From contig JBGAGQ010000017.1 of assembly GCA_044226625.1 (NCBI GenBank), positions 34,316 to 98,315 on the forward strand: DNA of 64,000 bases, written 5' to 3'. The notes under the pieces are model-generated. The model saw nothing but the letters and a program-made list of their open reading frames with translations. It was not told the DNA's origin and ran no database searches. Origin of the DNA: Thermoanaerobaculia bacterium (GTDB taxonomy: Bacteria > Acidobacteriota > Thermoanaerobaculia > Multivoradales > UBA5704). The position numbers and the translations under genes were made by a program. Each line of letters opens with the position of its first letter. Positions within the stretch are counted from its first letter, which is position 1. This document shows positions 35,797-50,700 of this stretch, in pieces.

Positions 35797-38700
35797 GTGC
35801 CGCCGCCCCTCGATCCACCGACCGCTGAGCGGCGGGAGCTTCCCACGGAACCGCCTCTTCGGGCGCCGATGGCGCTCGGCCAAGAGGCGCTCTGGTTCCT
35901 CTCGAAGCTCGCTCCGGACTCCCGCGCCTACCATCTCTGCGGTGCCGCCCGGCTCGTCGAGCCCCTCGCTCCGGGCCTTCCCGAGTCGCTCCGGCACGCG
36001 TTCTCAGAGCTCTCCGCGCGACATCCGGCTCTCCGCACGACGTTCGGCGAAGGCGAGGACGGGCGTCCGGAACAGCGGATCGGTGAGGCCCCGGGCATCC
36101 CCTTTCGATTCGAGGTTGCCGCGGGAACTACGGAATCCGAAGCGCTCTTGGCGGCGCACCTCGATCTTCCGTTCGATCTCGGCCGCGGGCCCCTCGCGCG
36201 GGCCGGGCTGATCGCGAACGGCGACGAGGCGGTGCTCTGGCTTGCGGCGCACCACCTGGTCGCCGATTTCTGGTCGCTCGCGGTGATGCTCCGAGATCTC
36301 GGAGAGGTTCTCGCGGCCCAACGTGCGGACCTCGCTCCAGGGGATCCCGCGCCGGAACGTGAGGCCGAGGGTACTCCCGGGAAGCGCGGAGGCGGCGGTC
36401 CGCAGCTCACCTATGCGCAGTGGGCGCTCTGGCAACGGGACCGCGCGGAACGAGAGGAGGGGCGGCGCGAGCTGGAGGCCTGGCGCCGTCTTCTCGCGGG
36501 AGAGCTGCCGCCGCTGGAGCTGCCGACGGATCGGCCGCGGCGCCCCAGGGAGACCTGGGCAGGGGGGGCCGTCGACATCAGCTTGAGCGAGAAGGCGACG
36601 CGGGCGCTCGCGCAGATCGCGAGAGGCGGCAAGACGAACCTATTCGCCGCGATCGTGACGGCGTTTCAAGCGTTTCTCGGCCGCCTGTCCGGACAGGACG
36701 AGCTGATCGTGGGTACTCCGACCTCCGGACGGTTCGGCGCTCGGGTCGCCGACCAGGTCGGATATTTCGTCAACCCGGTGCCGATCCGAGCCGATCTCTC
36801 GGGAGATCCCTCGATTCAGGGGTTGTTGGCGCGCCAGCGGTCGGTCGTCCAGGCCGCGCTCGCGCTGCAGGCTTTTCCATTTTCCCGATTGGCCGAAGAG
36901 ATCCAGGCGGAGCGCCAGACCGGGCGCGCGCCACTCTTCGACGTCATGCTCGCCTATGAGAAAGCGCGCGGTGGAGAGGGCTTCTGGGGCTTCGCGCTCG
37001 GCTTGCCCGGAATGCGCGTCGACCTCGGCGGCCTGGCGCTCGAATCGCTGCGGGTCGAGCCGTCGGGTTCGCCGTTCGACCTCTCGCTCGCGGTTGCGGA
37101 GGTCGGCGGCGGCCTCGCCGGCTCGTTGCGCTACTCGGAGGAGCTGTTCGACCGGTCGACGATCGAGCGCTGGTCGCGCTGGCTCATGCGTTGGCTCGAG
37201 TGGATCGCCGCGGCGCCTGCTCGGCGGTTGTCCGAGGTGCCCTATTTCTCGGCGGAGGAGAGTGCGGAGCTCTGGGCGGATCGAGGGCGCGAGGAAGGAC
37301 CAGAGCCGCGGGAAAGGCGGATCCACGACTTCGTCGAGACGTGGGCGCGGGAGCGGCCGGCGGCGCCGGCTTTGGAGTCGGAGCATGAGCCGGGGCGGCG
37401 GTACACGTGGGCGGATTTGGACGCGCACACCGATCGGCTGGCGCGGCGGTTGGCGGGGTTGGGTGTCGGACCGGAGAAGGTGGTCGGAGTTTCGATAGAG
37501 CGCTCGGTCGATCGAGTGTTGGCGATGGTCGCGATCTGGAAGGCGGGCGGGTGCTATCTGCCGATCGATCCGGAGTTGCCGGTCGAGAGACGACGGCTGA
37601 TGGTGGTGGATTCGGGGACGGTAGCGCTGGTCGGCCGGAGTGCCTACTGGGAGGACCTGACGTCGGGGTGGGAGGGGTGGCACGGGCGCGTAGCGCCGCT
37701 TCTTCTCAGGAAGGAGAGTGGGCTTCCAGAGACGGAGGACTTCGGACCGGAAGAGCTGCCTCGATCGGCGGTGGCGGAAAACCTTGCGTATCTGATTTAT
37801 ACGTCCGGGTCGACGGGGACTCCGAAGGGCGTGGGAATCAGCCATCGCCATGCCGTGGGGCACTTTGCGGCGGCATCGCGGTTCTATCGAATGGATGGGA
37901 CCGACCGGGTGGTGCAGTTCGCCTCCGCAAGCTTCGACGTTTCGATGGAGCAGGTGGGCGTCGCGTTGGCGAGTGGGGGCGAATTGGTGGTGCGCGGACC
38001 GGAACTGCCGAATCCGTTGGAGCTTTCGGCGTGGATGACGCGTTGGGGCATTACGAACGCGAACCTTCCGACCGCCGTTTGGACGGAGTGGAGCCGGGCG
38101 GAAGATCCGCTGCCCGAGGGTTTGCGGGTGCTGGTCACGGGCGGCGAGGCGATGACCCCCGCGGCGGCGGAGCGGTTTCGGAAACGGATGGCGATGCGGC
38201 CGACGTCTCCCGTGGTCTTCAACGGCTACGGTCCGACGGAGACGGTGGTGACCGCCACCTGCTTCGACCTCAGAGGCGAGATTTCGGACGGCAGCGCCGT
38301 TTCGATCGGAATGCTGCTTCCGAGGCGGCATGGTGCGGTTGTCGATCGACGGGGCCATCTCCTTCCCCTGGGAATTCCGGGCGAGCTCGCTCTCGGCGGC
38401 CTGCTCGCGCGGGGGTATCTCGATCGGCCGGACCTCACGGCCGAGCGGTTCCGTCCCGACTTTCTGGCCGGGGCGCCGGTCGGAGGCCGCCTCTACCACA
38501 CCGGCGACCGCGTCCGGCTTCGGCTCGACGGTACGCTCGATTACCTCGGCCGCATCGATCAACAGATCAAGATCCGGGGCATCCGCATCGAACCGGGGGA
38601 GATCGAGGCCGCCATCGAAACGCACCCGGCGATCCGGGAGGCGATCGTCTTCGCCCGCGAGTCGTCGCTCGGTCTCCGGCTGATCGCCTGGGTTCGACGG

Positions 38701-41700
38701 GTAGAAGGAGCGACGGAGGACGAGGCGGCGCCCGCTGTGCTGCGCGCGTTCCTCAAAGATCGGCTCCCCGAGGCGATGGTGCCGGTGGCGTTCGTCGCGG
38801 TCGAAGAGTGGCCGATCGGAGCGAGCGGCAAGGTCGATCGGCGCGCGTTGCCGGAGCCGAGTTTCGCGAGCGGAGAGGCCGAGCGAATCGCGCCTCGGAC
38901 GCCGCTCGAAGTCGAGATCGAAAGATTGTTCGCCGAGCTTCTCGGGTGCGCGGAGGTTGGCGCCGAAGAGGACTTCTTTGCGCTCGGTGGGCATTCGCTC
39001 CTGGTGACGCAGCTGGTTTCGCGGATTCGGCGGGGGTTTGGGGTGGAGTTGGGCCTTGCGGAGCTGTTTGCTGGGGCGACCGTCGCGGGGATTGCGGCGC
39101 GGGTGGCTTCGGAGAAGGAAAAGCGAAAGCTCATCGAGGGGAGTGAGGTCCAAGCGATCGAGAGGGTAGCGCGCGGGTCGGACGACGTGCCGCTGTCGTT
39201 TGCTCAGGAGCGGTTGTGGTTCGTCGATCGACTGGAGCCCGGACGGGCGACGTACAACGTCGGGTTTCGGTTGGTACTCGGAGGCGAGCTAAGGGTGCCC
39301 GCGTTGGAGGCGGCGCTCGCCACTGTGGTCGCACGGCACGAGCCGTTGCGAACGCGGTATGCGCAACCGGGGGACGTCGCCCGGCAGGAGGTCGATCCTC
39401 CTTCGGTGAGCTTTTCGCGCTGGCCGCTCGTCGATCTCGCGGCGGTGCTCGATGCGGGAAGACCGGTCGAAGCGGCGCGCATCGGGCGAAACGAGGGTCG
39501 CCGACCGTTCGACCTCGCACGAGGTCCGGTGTGGCGCGCCGTGCTGGCCCGCCGCGGCCCGGCGCTCCATGACGCGATCTTCACCTTCCACCACATAGCG
39601 ATCGACGGCTGGTCGCTCGCGGTTTTCTCGCGCGAGATCGCCGAGGTCTACTCGTCCTTCGTCGAGAAGCGCCCCGCACGTCTTCCTGAGCTGCCGATCA
39701 CCTACGCGGACTGGGCGATCTGGCAGAGGCGCCACCTCTCGGGCGAGCGCTACGAGCGCGAGCTTTCCTGGAGGCGATCGCACCTCAAGGGCGCGCCGGA
39801 GGCGACCGAGCTTCCCGTCGATCGCCCGCGACCGGCCGTGCCGAAACGGAACGCTGCCCAGGTCCGCCGCACTCTGCCGTCTCAGTTGGCAAAGTCGATC
39901 GCCACCCGCGCGAACGCCGAAGCCTCGACTCCCTTCATGATGCTTTTCGCAGCCTGGGCAGGCCTCCTGAGCCGCCTAGGTTCGGGCACCGATCTCGTGA
40001 TCGGAACCCCGATCGCGAACCGCAACCGCGCCGAGACGGAAGGCCTGATCGGGTTCTTCGTCAACTCGCTCGCGATCCGGGTAACCGCCGATCCCTCCGC
40101 GCCGTTACGGTCGTTGGTCTCCTCCGTGCGGGAGGCGTCGGTCGGAGCGTTCGCTCACCAGGACTTCCCGTTCGAGAGATTGGTAGCGGAGCTCGGCGTC
40201 ACGCGCGGAGGAAACGTCCCACCGATCTACCAGGTTTCGTTCGCATTCCAGAACCTCCCGGTGCCTGTGATGCTGCCAGGGCTGACGACGACGGTCGAAG
40301 AGCTGGACGGCGGCGCAGCGAAGCTCGATCTCGGGTTGGTGGTGACGCCGGTCGAAGATCGGCTGGAAGCGCAGTTGGAAGTGAACCTCGATCTGTTCGA
40401 TCCAGCGACCGGAGCGCGGCTGCTGGCCGGGTTCGAGCGAATGGCCTGGGAGTTGACAGAGGCCCCGGAGCGGCTGCTCGCTGAAGCCGAGCTTCTGGGG
40501 CGGGCGGAGCGGCATCAACTGCTCTACGAATGGAATGAGGGCGGGGGACAGTTGCCCGGCCGGGTCATTCACGACTTCGTGCGGCGGTGGGCTCGCGAAC
40601 GGCCGGACGCGTTGGCGTTGGAGTCGGAGCATGAGCCGGGGCGGCTGTACTCGTGGGCGGAGCTGGACACGCATACCGAACGTATGGCGCGGCGGTTGGT
40701 GGGGCTGGGTGTGGGCCCGGAGAGGGTCGTCGGGGTTTCGATCGAGCGGTCGGTCGATCGCGTATTGGGGATGGTGGCGATTTGGAAGGCGGGCGGTTGC
40801 TATCTGCCGATCGATCCGGAGTTGCCGGTCGAGAGACGACGGTTGTTGGTGGTGGATTCGGGGGCGGTGGCGGTCGTTGGCCGGAGTGCCTACTGGGAGG
40901 ATCTGACGTCGGGGTGGGACGGGTGGCACGGTCGGGTGGCGCCGCTGCTTGTCAGTAAGGAGGGAGGGCTTCCGGAGGGGGAGGACTTCGGAGCGGAAGA
41001 GCGGGCTCGATGGGCGGTGGCGGAAAACCTTGCGTATCTGATCTATACGTCGGGGTCGACCGGGACTCCGAAGGGCGTGGGGATCAGCCATCGGCATGCG
41101 GTGGGACATTTCGTGGCCGCGTCTGGGTTCTATCGGATGGATGGGAGCGACCGGGTGGTGCAGTTCGCCTCCGCGAGCTTCGACGTTTCGATGGAGCAGG
41201 TGGGCGTCGCGTTGGCGAGTGGGGGCGCATTGGTCGTGCGCGGGCCTGAGATGCCGAATCCCTTGGAGCTTTCGGCTTGGATGACGCGGTGGGGCATCAC
41301 GAACGCGAACCTTCCGACGGCTGTTTGGACCGAGTGGAGCCAGGCTGAGGATCCCCTGCCCGAGGGGTTGCGGGTGCTGGTGACGGGCGGCGAGGCGATG
41401 ACCCCCGCGGCCGCGGAGCGATTCCGGAAACGGATGGCGATGCGGCCGACGTCTCCCGTGGTCTACAACGGCTATGGCCCGACGGAGACGGTGGTCACCG
41501 CCACCTGTTACGACCTCCGCTTTGGGCGCCTCTCGGAATCGGGCTCGGTTTCGATCGGCCGCCTCTTGCCGAGTCGCACGGGCTACGTGGTTGACGGGGA
41601 GGACCGGCTGGTACCGCTGGGCGGAATCGGCGAGCTGGTGCTGGGTGGTCTGCTCGCGCGAGGCTATCTCGATCGTCCAGACCTTACGGCCGAGCGATTC

Positions 41701-44700
41701 CGTCCCAATCCCTTCACTGACAAAGACGGCGAGAGGCTGTATCGAACCGGCGACCGCGTTCGGCAGCGGGGCGACGGTAGCTTCGACTATCTGGGCCGAC
41801 TCGATCAGCAGATCAAGATCCGCGGTTTCCGGATCGAGCCGGGGGAGATCGAAGCGGCGCTCGAAGCGTATCCGCACATCAAAGAAGCGATCGTGCTGGC
41901 CCGCGACTCGGCCGCGACGGGCAAACGGTTGATCGCCTGGGTACGACGCGCCGGAGACGGCGCCAACCCTCACGCCACGTCCGACTCGCTGTCCTCCGAG
42001 CTGAGCTCATTCCTCAAGGGTCGATTGCCCGACTACATGGTGCCGATGGCGATCGTCGAGGTCGACGAGTGGCCGCTTTCGCCATCGGGCAAGATCGATC
42101 GGCGCGCTCTGCCCGATCCTGCGTTCCAAGAGACATTCGAGAAGATTGCACCGCGCACGCCGACGGAAGAGATCGTCGCGGGGATGTTCGGGGAGCTTCT
42201 CGGCGCCTCCGACGTCGGGGCCGAGGCCGATTTCTTCGCCCTCGGTGGCCACTCGCTGCTCGCGACGCAGTTGGCGTCCCGCATCCGAAAGACGTTCGGC
42301 GTCGAGCTTCCCCTCGCAGAGCTTTTTTCGGGTTCGACGGTCGCGCAAATCGCCGAGCGGATCGAGGCGGCCTCGGGCGCGGCTCCGGCGCCGGCGATCG
42401 TTCGTGCGGCCGACGCCGAACGGGAGGGTGTTCTCTCCTTCGCCGAGGAGCGCCTTTGGTTCCTGGACCGGTTGGCGCCGGGACGATCGACGTACAACGT
42501 CGGTTTCCGCCTCTCGCTCAGGGGGCCCCTGGTGCCGTCAGCGCTGCGCTCCGCGTTGGCCGGGGTGGTGAGCCGGCACGCTCCGCTTCGGAGCCGATTC
42601 GGGGAGCGAGAGGGAATTCCTTTCACGACGATCGGGCCCGCGGAGGCTATGGATGGCTTCCGCCTCCCGAAGATCGATCTTTCGGTTCTCGGGTCGAAAC
42701 GGAAGAGAGAAGGCGCGCGGGTGGCCGCTGCGGAAGGGCGGCGTTCGTTCGATCTTTCGCGCGGGCCGGTTGTTCGCGCGACGCTCGTGCGCATCGACAC
42801 GGAGCGCCACGATCTGCTGGTGGTCTTTCACCACATCGCAACGGACGGCTGGTCGCTCTCGGTCTTCTCGCGCGAGGTGGCCGAGCTGTATGCCGCCGCG
42901 GTCGAAGGACGCCTGGCGGTGCTCCCGCCGTTGTCGATCGAGTACGCCGACTGGGCGGTCTGGCAGCGCGCGTGGCTCTCGGGTAAGAAGTATGCCGGGG
43001 AGCTCTCGTGGTGGCGAAGCCGGCTCGAGGGCATGCCGGAGACGATCGACCTGCCGAGCGATCGGCCGCGGCCTCGGGGTGAGGCGATGCATGCCGCCGA
43101 ATGGGTACGCCGCGATCTCGGTAGCGACTTGGCCGCACGGATCGGCGCGCGGGCTCGTGCCTCGGGCTCGACGCCGTTCATGGTTTTGCTCGCGGCGTGG
43201 GCGGGTCTCCTTTCGCGGCTGGGGGCGGGTGGCGACGTTCCCGTCGGGGCGCCGATCGCGAATCGCAACCGGTCTGAGATCGAAGGTCTGATCGGGTTCT
43301 TCGTCAACTCGTTGGTGATGAGGGTCCGGGCGGAGGCCGGCGCCACGCTCGGGATTCTCCTCGAAAACGCGCGGGAGACCGCGCTCGCGGCGTATGCCCA
43401 TCAGGATTTCCCCTTCGATCGGCTGGTCGGCGACCGGGCGGGCGCGCGCGGAGGGGGAGCGCCGCCGATGTTCCAGACCTCGCTGGTCTTCCAGAACCTC
43501 CCCGAGACGGCGGAGCTGCCGGGGCTCTTGGCGACGATCGAACCGCTCGACGGTGGCGTCGCCAAGCTCGACCTGTCGTTGGTGATCACCCCACGCAGAG
43601 CGGAGGACGGTTCCGGCTTGTCCGCCCTCCTGGAGATCGATCTCGATGTGTTCGACCCCGCGACGGGCGCGCGGCTTCTCGCCGGTTTCGAGCGTCTTTC
43701 GGAGCAAATGGCAAACCAACCCGATCGGCTTCTCGCCGAGGCGGAGCTGCTTGCCCTCGAGGAGCGGCATCAGCTGCTCGTCGAATGGAACGATGGCGCG
43801 GCGGGGTTTCGCGCCCCGGTGCTCTGCATCCACGACTTCGTACGGAAGTGGGCGCGGGAACGGCCCGACGGTTTGGCTCTCGAGTCCGTGCATGAGCCCG
43901 GGAGACGCTACACCTGGGCGGAGCTGGAGGCGCACACGGAACGGCTCTCCCGACGGCTCACGGCGCTCGGTGTGGGACCGGAGGGGGTGGTCGCCGTGTC
44001 GCTCCCCTGGTCGGTCGATCGCCTGCTTGCGATGGTTGCGATTTGGAAGGCGGGAGGCTGTTATCTGCCGGTCGATCCGGAGCTACCCGTCGAGCGACGG
44101 AGGCTCCTTCTGATGGATTCCGCGGCGGTGGCGTTCGTCGGCCGCACGGCTTTCTGGAACGAGCTAATGGAGGAATGGGAACCGCGGGGCGCGGGTTTCG
44201 CGCCGCTCCTACTCGATGAAGCTAGCGGTTTGCCTCTGGAGTCTGGACCGGAGGGGAATTCGCGCGAGGCCGCGCCCCAGGGCCTGGCCTACCTGATCTA
44301 CACGTCGGGTTCGACGGGAACGCCGAAGGGAGTTGCGGTCTCGCACGAGGACGCGGTGGGGCATTTCGCTTCGGCCGCCGCGTTCTATCGCATGGATGCA
44401 AGCGAGCGGGTGATCCAGTTTGCCTCGGCGAGCTTCGACGTCTCGATGGAACAGGTGGGAACGGCCCTCGCCTGCGGCGGCACGTTGGTCGTGCGCGGGC
44501 CGGAGCTGCCGCCCCCGCTCGATTTGACCGATTGGCTGGAGCGCCATCGGATCACGCATGCGAATTTGCCGACGGCGGTCTGGGCCGAGTGGAGCCGCGC
44601 GGACGGACCGCTGCCGCGGGATCTGCGGGTGCTGGTGACGGCGGGCGAGGTGATGTCGCCCCAGGCCGCGGAGCGCTTTCTCGTCCGGGCCGCGGAGAGC

Positions 44701-47700
44701 GATGTGCCGCCGAGGATCTTGAACGGCTACGGACCGACCGAGGCCGTGGTGATCGCGACCTGCCACGACATCGCGCAGGGCCGGCTGCCGGAGTCGGGCT
44801 CGGTCTCGATCGGCCGTAGCCTGCCCGGGCGCTCGGCGTTGGTGATCGATGGGTCCGGAACCATCCAGCCCCTCGGCGGCCGCGGCGAGCTTGCGCTGGG
44901 AGGTTTTCTCGCACGGGGATATCTCGGACGTCCGGATCTCACCGCCGAGCGATTCCGCCCCGATCCGTTCGGCGCGGACCGCGGGAGTCCGGGGGCTCGC
45001 CTCTACTGGACTGGAGACCGGGTCCGTATCGCCGGCTCGGGCGCGATCGATTTCTTCGGCCGCATCGACCAGCAGGTGAAGATCCGCGGCTTCCGCATCG
45101 AGCCGGGGGAGATCGAATCGGCGCTCGCCGACGCTCCAGGGGTCGGAGAGGCGATCGTCCTCGCGCGGGCGGGTGCGACGGGCGAGGCGCGGTTGCTCGC
45201 CTGGTATCGGCCGGCCTCGTCGAAGGAGGTTCCGGTCGATCCGACGGAGCTGCGGCGGTTCCTCGCGGCGCGGCTGCCCGACTACATGGTCCCGGCGGCG
45301 TTCGTCGCCGTCGAGGGGTGGCCGAAGAGCCCGAGCGGGAAGATCGACAAGAGGGCGCTGCCGGAGCCGGAGGTGGAGGCCGCGCGCTACGTCGCGCCGC
45401 GGACTCCGATCGAGCGGGGCCTCGCCGAGGCGTTCTCCGAGATGCTGGGGGTCGTGGAGGTCGGGGCGGACGACGACTTCTTCGCGCTCGGTGGGCACTC
45501 GCTGCTTGCGACGCGTCTGGTCTCGCGGATTCGGCGGGAGTTTGGGGTGGAGTTGGGCCTGGCGGAATTGTTCGCTGGCGCGACGGTCTCGGGGATTGCG
45601 GCGCGGGTGGCCGCGGAACGGGAAAAGCAAAAGCTCATTGAGGGGAGTGAGGTCGGAGCGATCGAGCGTCGGGGGGGCGGCTCGGATGTGGTGCCGCTGT
45701 CGTTTGCTCAGGAACGATTGTGGTTCATCGATCGCTCGGAGCCCGGGCGGGCGACCTATAACGTCGGGTTTCGACTGGTGCTCGGGGGCGAGCTGTGCGT
45801 ACCCGCGTTGGAGACGGCGCTCGCTGCCCTGGTCGCTCGGCACGAGCCGCTGCGCACGCGGTACGCGCAACCGGGAGATGTCGCTCGGCAGGAGATCGAT
45901 CCACCTTCGCCGAGATTCTCAAGCCTTTCGCGTGTCGATCTTGAGGCGATCTCGAGGGTCAATCGGTCCTTTTCCGTAGGGGCGGAGCTTGCCTCCGCCC
46001 GCGAGCATCGCAATCCAATGGCGGAGGCAAGCTCGGCCCCTACGTTGGGTGAGTTCGTCTCATCCATTGCGTCGGTCGAGGCGGCGCGGATCGGCCGCCT
46101 GCTCGGGCGTCGACCGTTCGACCTCGGCCGTGGACCGGTGATGCGGGCGATATTGGTCCGGCGAGGGCCGGCGCTCCACGACGCGATCTTCACCTTCCAC
46201 CACATTGCGATCGACGGCTGGTCGCTCGCGGTCTTCTCCCGCGAGATCGCCGAGGCCTATTCCTCCTTCGTCGACAATCGAACGGCACGACTTATCGATC
46301 TGCCGATCTCCTACGCGGACTGGGCGATCTGGCAGCGGCGCCAGCTCTCCGGCGAGCGCTACGAGCGCGAGCTCGTCTGGTGGAGAACTCAACTCGAAGG
46401 CGCGCCGGAGGCGATCGAGCTTGCGGTCGATCGGCCCCGGCCCTCCTCTCCGAAGCGGCAAGCTGCGCAAGTTTGCCGCTCGCTGCCGCCGCAGCTGGCA
46501 ACCTCGATCGCCGCCCGCGCGAACGCCGAAGCCTCGACCCCCTTCATGATGCTTTTGGCAGCCTGGGCAGGCCTCCTGAGCCGCCTGGGGGCGGGCCGTG
46601 ACCTCGTGATCGGCACCCCGATCGCGAACCGCAACCGCGCGGAAACGGAAGGCCTGATCGGCTTCTTCGTCAATTCTCTCGCGATCCGGGTGACCGCCGA
46701 TCCGACCGCGCCGATGAGGTCGCTCCTGTCCTCGGTTCGCGAAGCGTCGTTCGGGGCGTTCGCCCATCAGGACTTCCCCTTCGAGCGGTTGGTAGCGGAG
46801 CTCGGCGTTGCCCGAGGAGGAAATGTCCCGCCGATCTATCAGGTGTCGTTCGCGTTTCAGAACCTCCCTGCTCCGGTGATGCTGCCGGGTCTGACGACAA
46901 CGATCGAAGAGCTGGACGGCGGAACGGCGAAGCTCGATCTCGGGCTGGTGGTGACGCCCTTCGAGGACCGACTGGAAGCGCAGTTGGAGGTCAACCTCGA
47001 TCTGTTCGATCCGGCCACCGGCGCGCGGTTGCTGGCCAAGTTCGAGCGGATGGCGCGGGAGTTGGCGGAGGCCCCGGAGAGGCCGTTGGCAGAAGCGGAG
47101 CTTCTGGGGCCGTTGGAGCGGCACCAACTGCTCTATGAATGGAATGAGGGCGGAGCGGAGTTGCCGGAACGGATCCTTCACGCCTTCCTGCGACGGTGGG
47201 CTCGCGAACGACCTACGGCGTCGGCGTTGGAGTCGGAACATGAGCCGGGACGGGTGTACTCGTGGTCGGAGTTGGATGCCCATACGGACCGATTGGCGCG
47301 GCGGCTGGCGGGGTTGGGCGTGGGGCCGGAGTGGGTGGTCGGGGTTTCGCTGGAACGGTCGGTCGATCGTGTGTTGGCGATGGTGGCGATTTGGAAAGCG
47401 GGTGGGTGCTATATGCCGATCGATCCCGAGCTTCCCGTCGAGAGACGACGGTTGTTGGTGGCAGATTCGGGAGCGGTGGCGGTAGTGACTCGCGTTGCCT
47501 TCTGGGGGGACCTTACGTCGGATTGGGAGGGGTGGCACGGACGGGTGGCGCCGCTTCTCCTCGGTAAAGAGGATGGCCTTCCGGAGGGCGGGTACTTCGG
47601 GCCGGAAGAGAGTCCTCGATCGGCGCTGGCGGAAAACCTTGCGTATCTGATCTATACGTCGGGTTCGACGGGGATGCCGAAGGGCGTGGGCGTGAGCCAC

Positions 47701-50700
47701 CGAGCCGCGGCGGGGCATTTTGCGGCGGCGAAGGCTTTTTACGGACTGGGGGATAGGGACCGAATCGTCCAGTTCGCGGAGGCGAGCTTCGACGTTTCGA
47801 TGGAGCAGGTGGGCCTGTCGCTCGCCTGCGGCTGCGCGCTGGTGGTGCGAGGTCCGGCGCTGCCCCTGGATCTTCCGGCTTGGCTCGACCGGTTGGCGAT
47901 CACCGACGCGAACCTGCCGACCGCCGTCTGGAGCGAATGGGCGCATTCCGACGCTCCGATCCCCGAGGCGCTTCGTGTTCTGGTCGTCGGCGGAGAGGCG
48001 ATGGCTCCCGCCGCCGCGGTCCGCTTTCGAGAAAAGCTGGCCGAATGCGGGCGCCCGCCGCGGCTGCTCAACGCGTACGGGCCGACCGAGGCGGTCGTGA
48101 CCGCCACGGCTTTCGATCTCCGTCAGGGGCCACTGCCCGAGTCGGGTTCGATCTCCATCGGTCGGCTCCTACCGGGCCGGACGGGTTACGTGGTGGATGA
48201 GGAGGGCCGGCTTGCACCGCTCGGCGGAATCGGCGAGCTGGTGTTGGGCGGACTGCTCGCGCGAGGGTATCTCGATCGACCGGACCTCACGGCCGAGCGA
48301 TTCCGTCCCAACCCTTTTGCCGGCGAGGACGGTGAGAGGCTCTATCGCACCGGCGACCGCGTGCGGCAGCGGGGCGAGGGATCGTTCGATTACCTGGGCC
48401 GGATCGACCAGCAGATCAAGGTCCGCGGCTTCCGCATCGAGCCGGGGGAGATCGAAGCCGCCCTCGAATCGCACCCGCAGATCCAAGAGGCGATCGTCCT
48501 CGCACGCGAATCCGTGGGCGTGGGAAAGCGTTTGATCGCTTGGCTCCGACGGACCCTCACGGCCGAATCGTCGCGCGACGAGAAGGGATGGACCGCCGAC
48601 CTGCGGGCCTATCTCATGGGTAGGCTGCCGGAGTACATGGTGCCTTCGGCGTTCGTCGCGGTGGAACGGTGGCCCGTCTCCCCGAGTGGAAAAATTGATC
48701 GCCGCGCCCTTCCAGATCCGGTCTTCGCCGAGGAGGCCCGGGAGCGGACCGCCCCACGGACGCCCACCGAAGAGATCGTGGCGGGACTCTTCGCCGAGCT
48801 ACTTGGGGCATCCGATCTCGGATCGGAGGCGGACTTCTTCGCGCTCGGCGGCCATTCGCTGCTGGCGACCCGCTTGGTCTCCAGGGTACGAAAGATTTTT
48901 GAGGTCGAGCTCCCCCTCGCCGAGCTGTTTTCGGTTTCGACGGTGGCGGGCGTCGCCTCCCGGATCGACTCTTTGCGCGGGTCCGGATCTCCTTCGGCGC
49001 TTCAGATGGCGCCGCCGCTCTTGCCGCCGCCGCGCCGCCCGGCTGAGATACCACTTTCGTTCGCCCAGGAGCGGCTGTGGTTCCTCGATCGGCTCGAGCC
49101 TGGAAGCGCGACGTACAACGCCGGGCTTCGTCTGAGGCTTGGGGGGGAGTTCGACGAGACGGCGCTGCTCGAGGCCCTTCGAACGCTGATCGCGCGACAC
49201 GAACCGCTACGCACCCGGATCGTCGAGTCGAACGGGGGGCCGATCCAGGCGATCGACCCTGCAACGGAGGCCGCGCGGGCTTTTCGCTGGCCGCGCGTCG
49301 ACCTGGCGGGGATCTCTCCGAAGGCCGAAGGAGAGGCCGCGCGCCTCGCCCGGTCGGAGGGCCGGCGCCCGTTCGACCTCGCGCGATCCTCCATGTTGCG
49401 CGCGGCTCGGGTGGTGCTCGGCACCGGGCGATGCGACCTGCTCCTCGTCTTCCACCACATCGCGACGGACGGTTGGTCGCTCGGCATCTTCTCCCGCGAG
49501 TTGGTGGAGCTCTATACCGCTTGGATCGAGCATCGAAAGCCGGCGCTCGCCGCACTGCCGCTCGGTTACGCCGATTGGTCGCTCTGGCAGCGGGCGTGGC
49601 TCTCGGGCGCGGTGTACGAGCGAGAGCTCGCCTGGTGGCGCGAACGTCTCGCGGGAGCGCCCGAGGCACTCGATTTGCCGTTCGATCATCCGCGCCCCGC
49701 GTACCCTTCCCGCAGAGGATGGTCGGTCGAGGGCAAGCTCGCCGAAGAGCTTTCGGGGCGACTCGCGGCGTGCGCCGGAAGCGTGGGAGCGACGCTTTCG
49801 ATGGTTTTGCTCGCGGCTTGGTGCGCGCTTCTCGAACGCTTCGGCGCCGGGCTCGATCAGGTGCTCGCGATGCCGATCGCGAATCGGAACCGTTCGGAAA
49901 CCGAGGGCTTGGTCGGCTTCTTCGTCAACACGCTCGCCCTGAGGATCGAGATCCCGAGACGGAACGTCGCGCTCGGAGATCTCATCTCACGCGTCCGGGA
50001 CGCGTCGCTCGCGGCCTACGCCCATCAAGACTTTCCGTTCGAGAAATTGGCGGAGCGCGGGGGAACGCCTCCGGGTCAGGTCTCCTTCGCGTTTCAGAAC
50101 CTCCCGGAGCCGGTCGTCCTGCCCGGCGTGGAGATGACCGCGGAGGAGCTCTCCGGGGAGGGCGCGAAGTTCGATCTCGGCTTGATCGTGGTTCCAGGGC
50201 GGAACTCCGGTGATTCGATGAGGACACGGATCGAGATCTCGCTCGACCGGTTCGACCCGGCGACGGGGGCTCGGTTGCTCGCCGCGTTCGAGCGGATGGC
50301 GGTGGCGGTGGCCGGACATCCGGAGCGAGCGCTGGGTGACGTGGAGGTTTTCGGGCCGGCGGAGCGGCACCAGATGCTCTGCGAATGGAACGCGAGCGGG
50401 TGGGAGAGGGGTTGGGAGAGGGCCGCGTTCGTAGAGGCTCGCGTGCAGGACTTCGTGACGCGGTGGGCTCGTGAGCGGCCGGAGGCCCTCGCGTTGAAGT
50501 CGGAGCACGAACCGGCGAGAGGAGTTTCTTGGGCTGCGCTGGAGGAGCACACGGATGCGCTCGCTCGGCGGCTCGCGGGGCTGGGTGTCGGACCGGAAAA
50601 GGTGGTCGCGGTGTCGTTGGATTGGTCGGTCGATCGGGTCTTGGCGATGGTCGCTGTTTGGAAGGCGGGCGGGTGTTATCTACCGGTCGATCCGGTCCTG

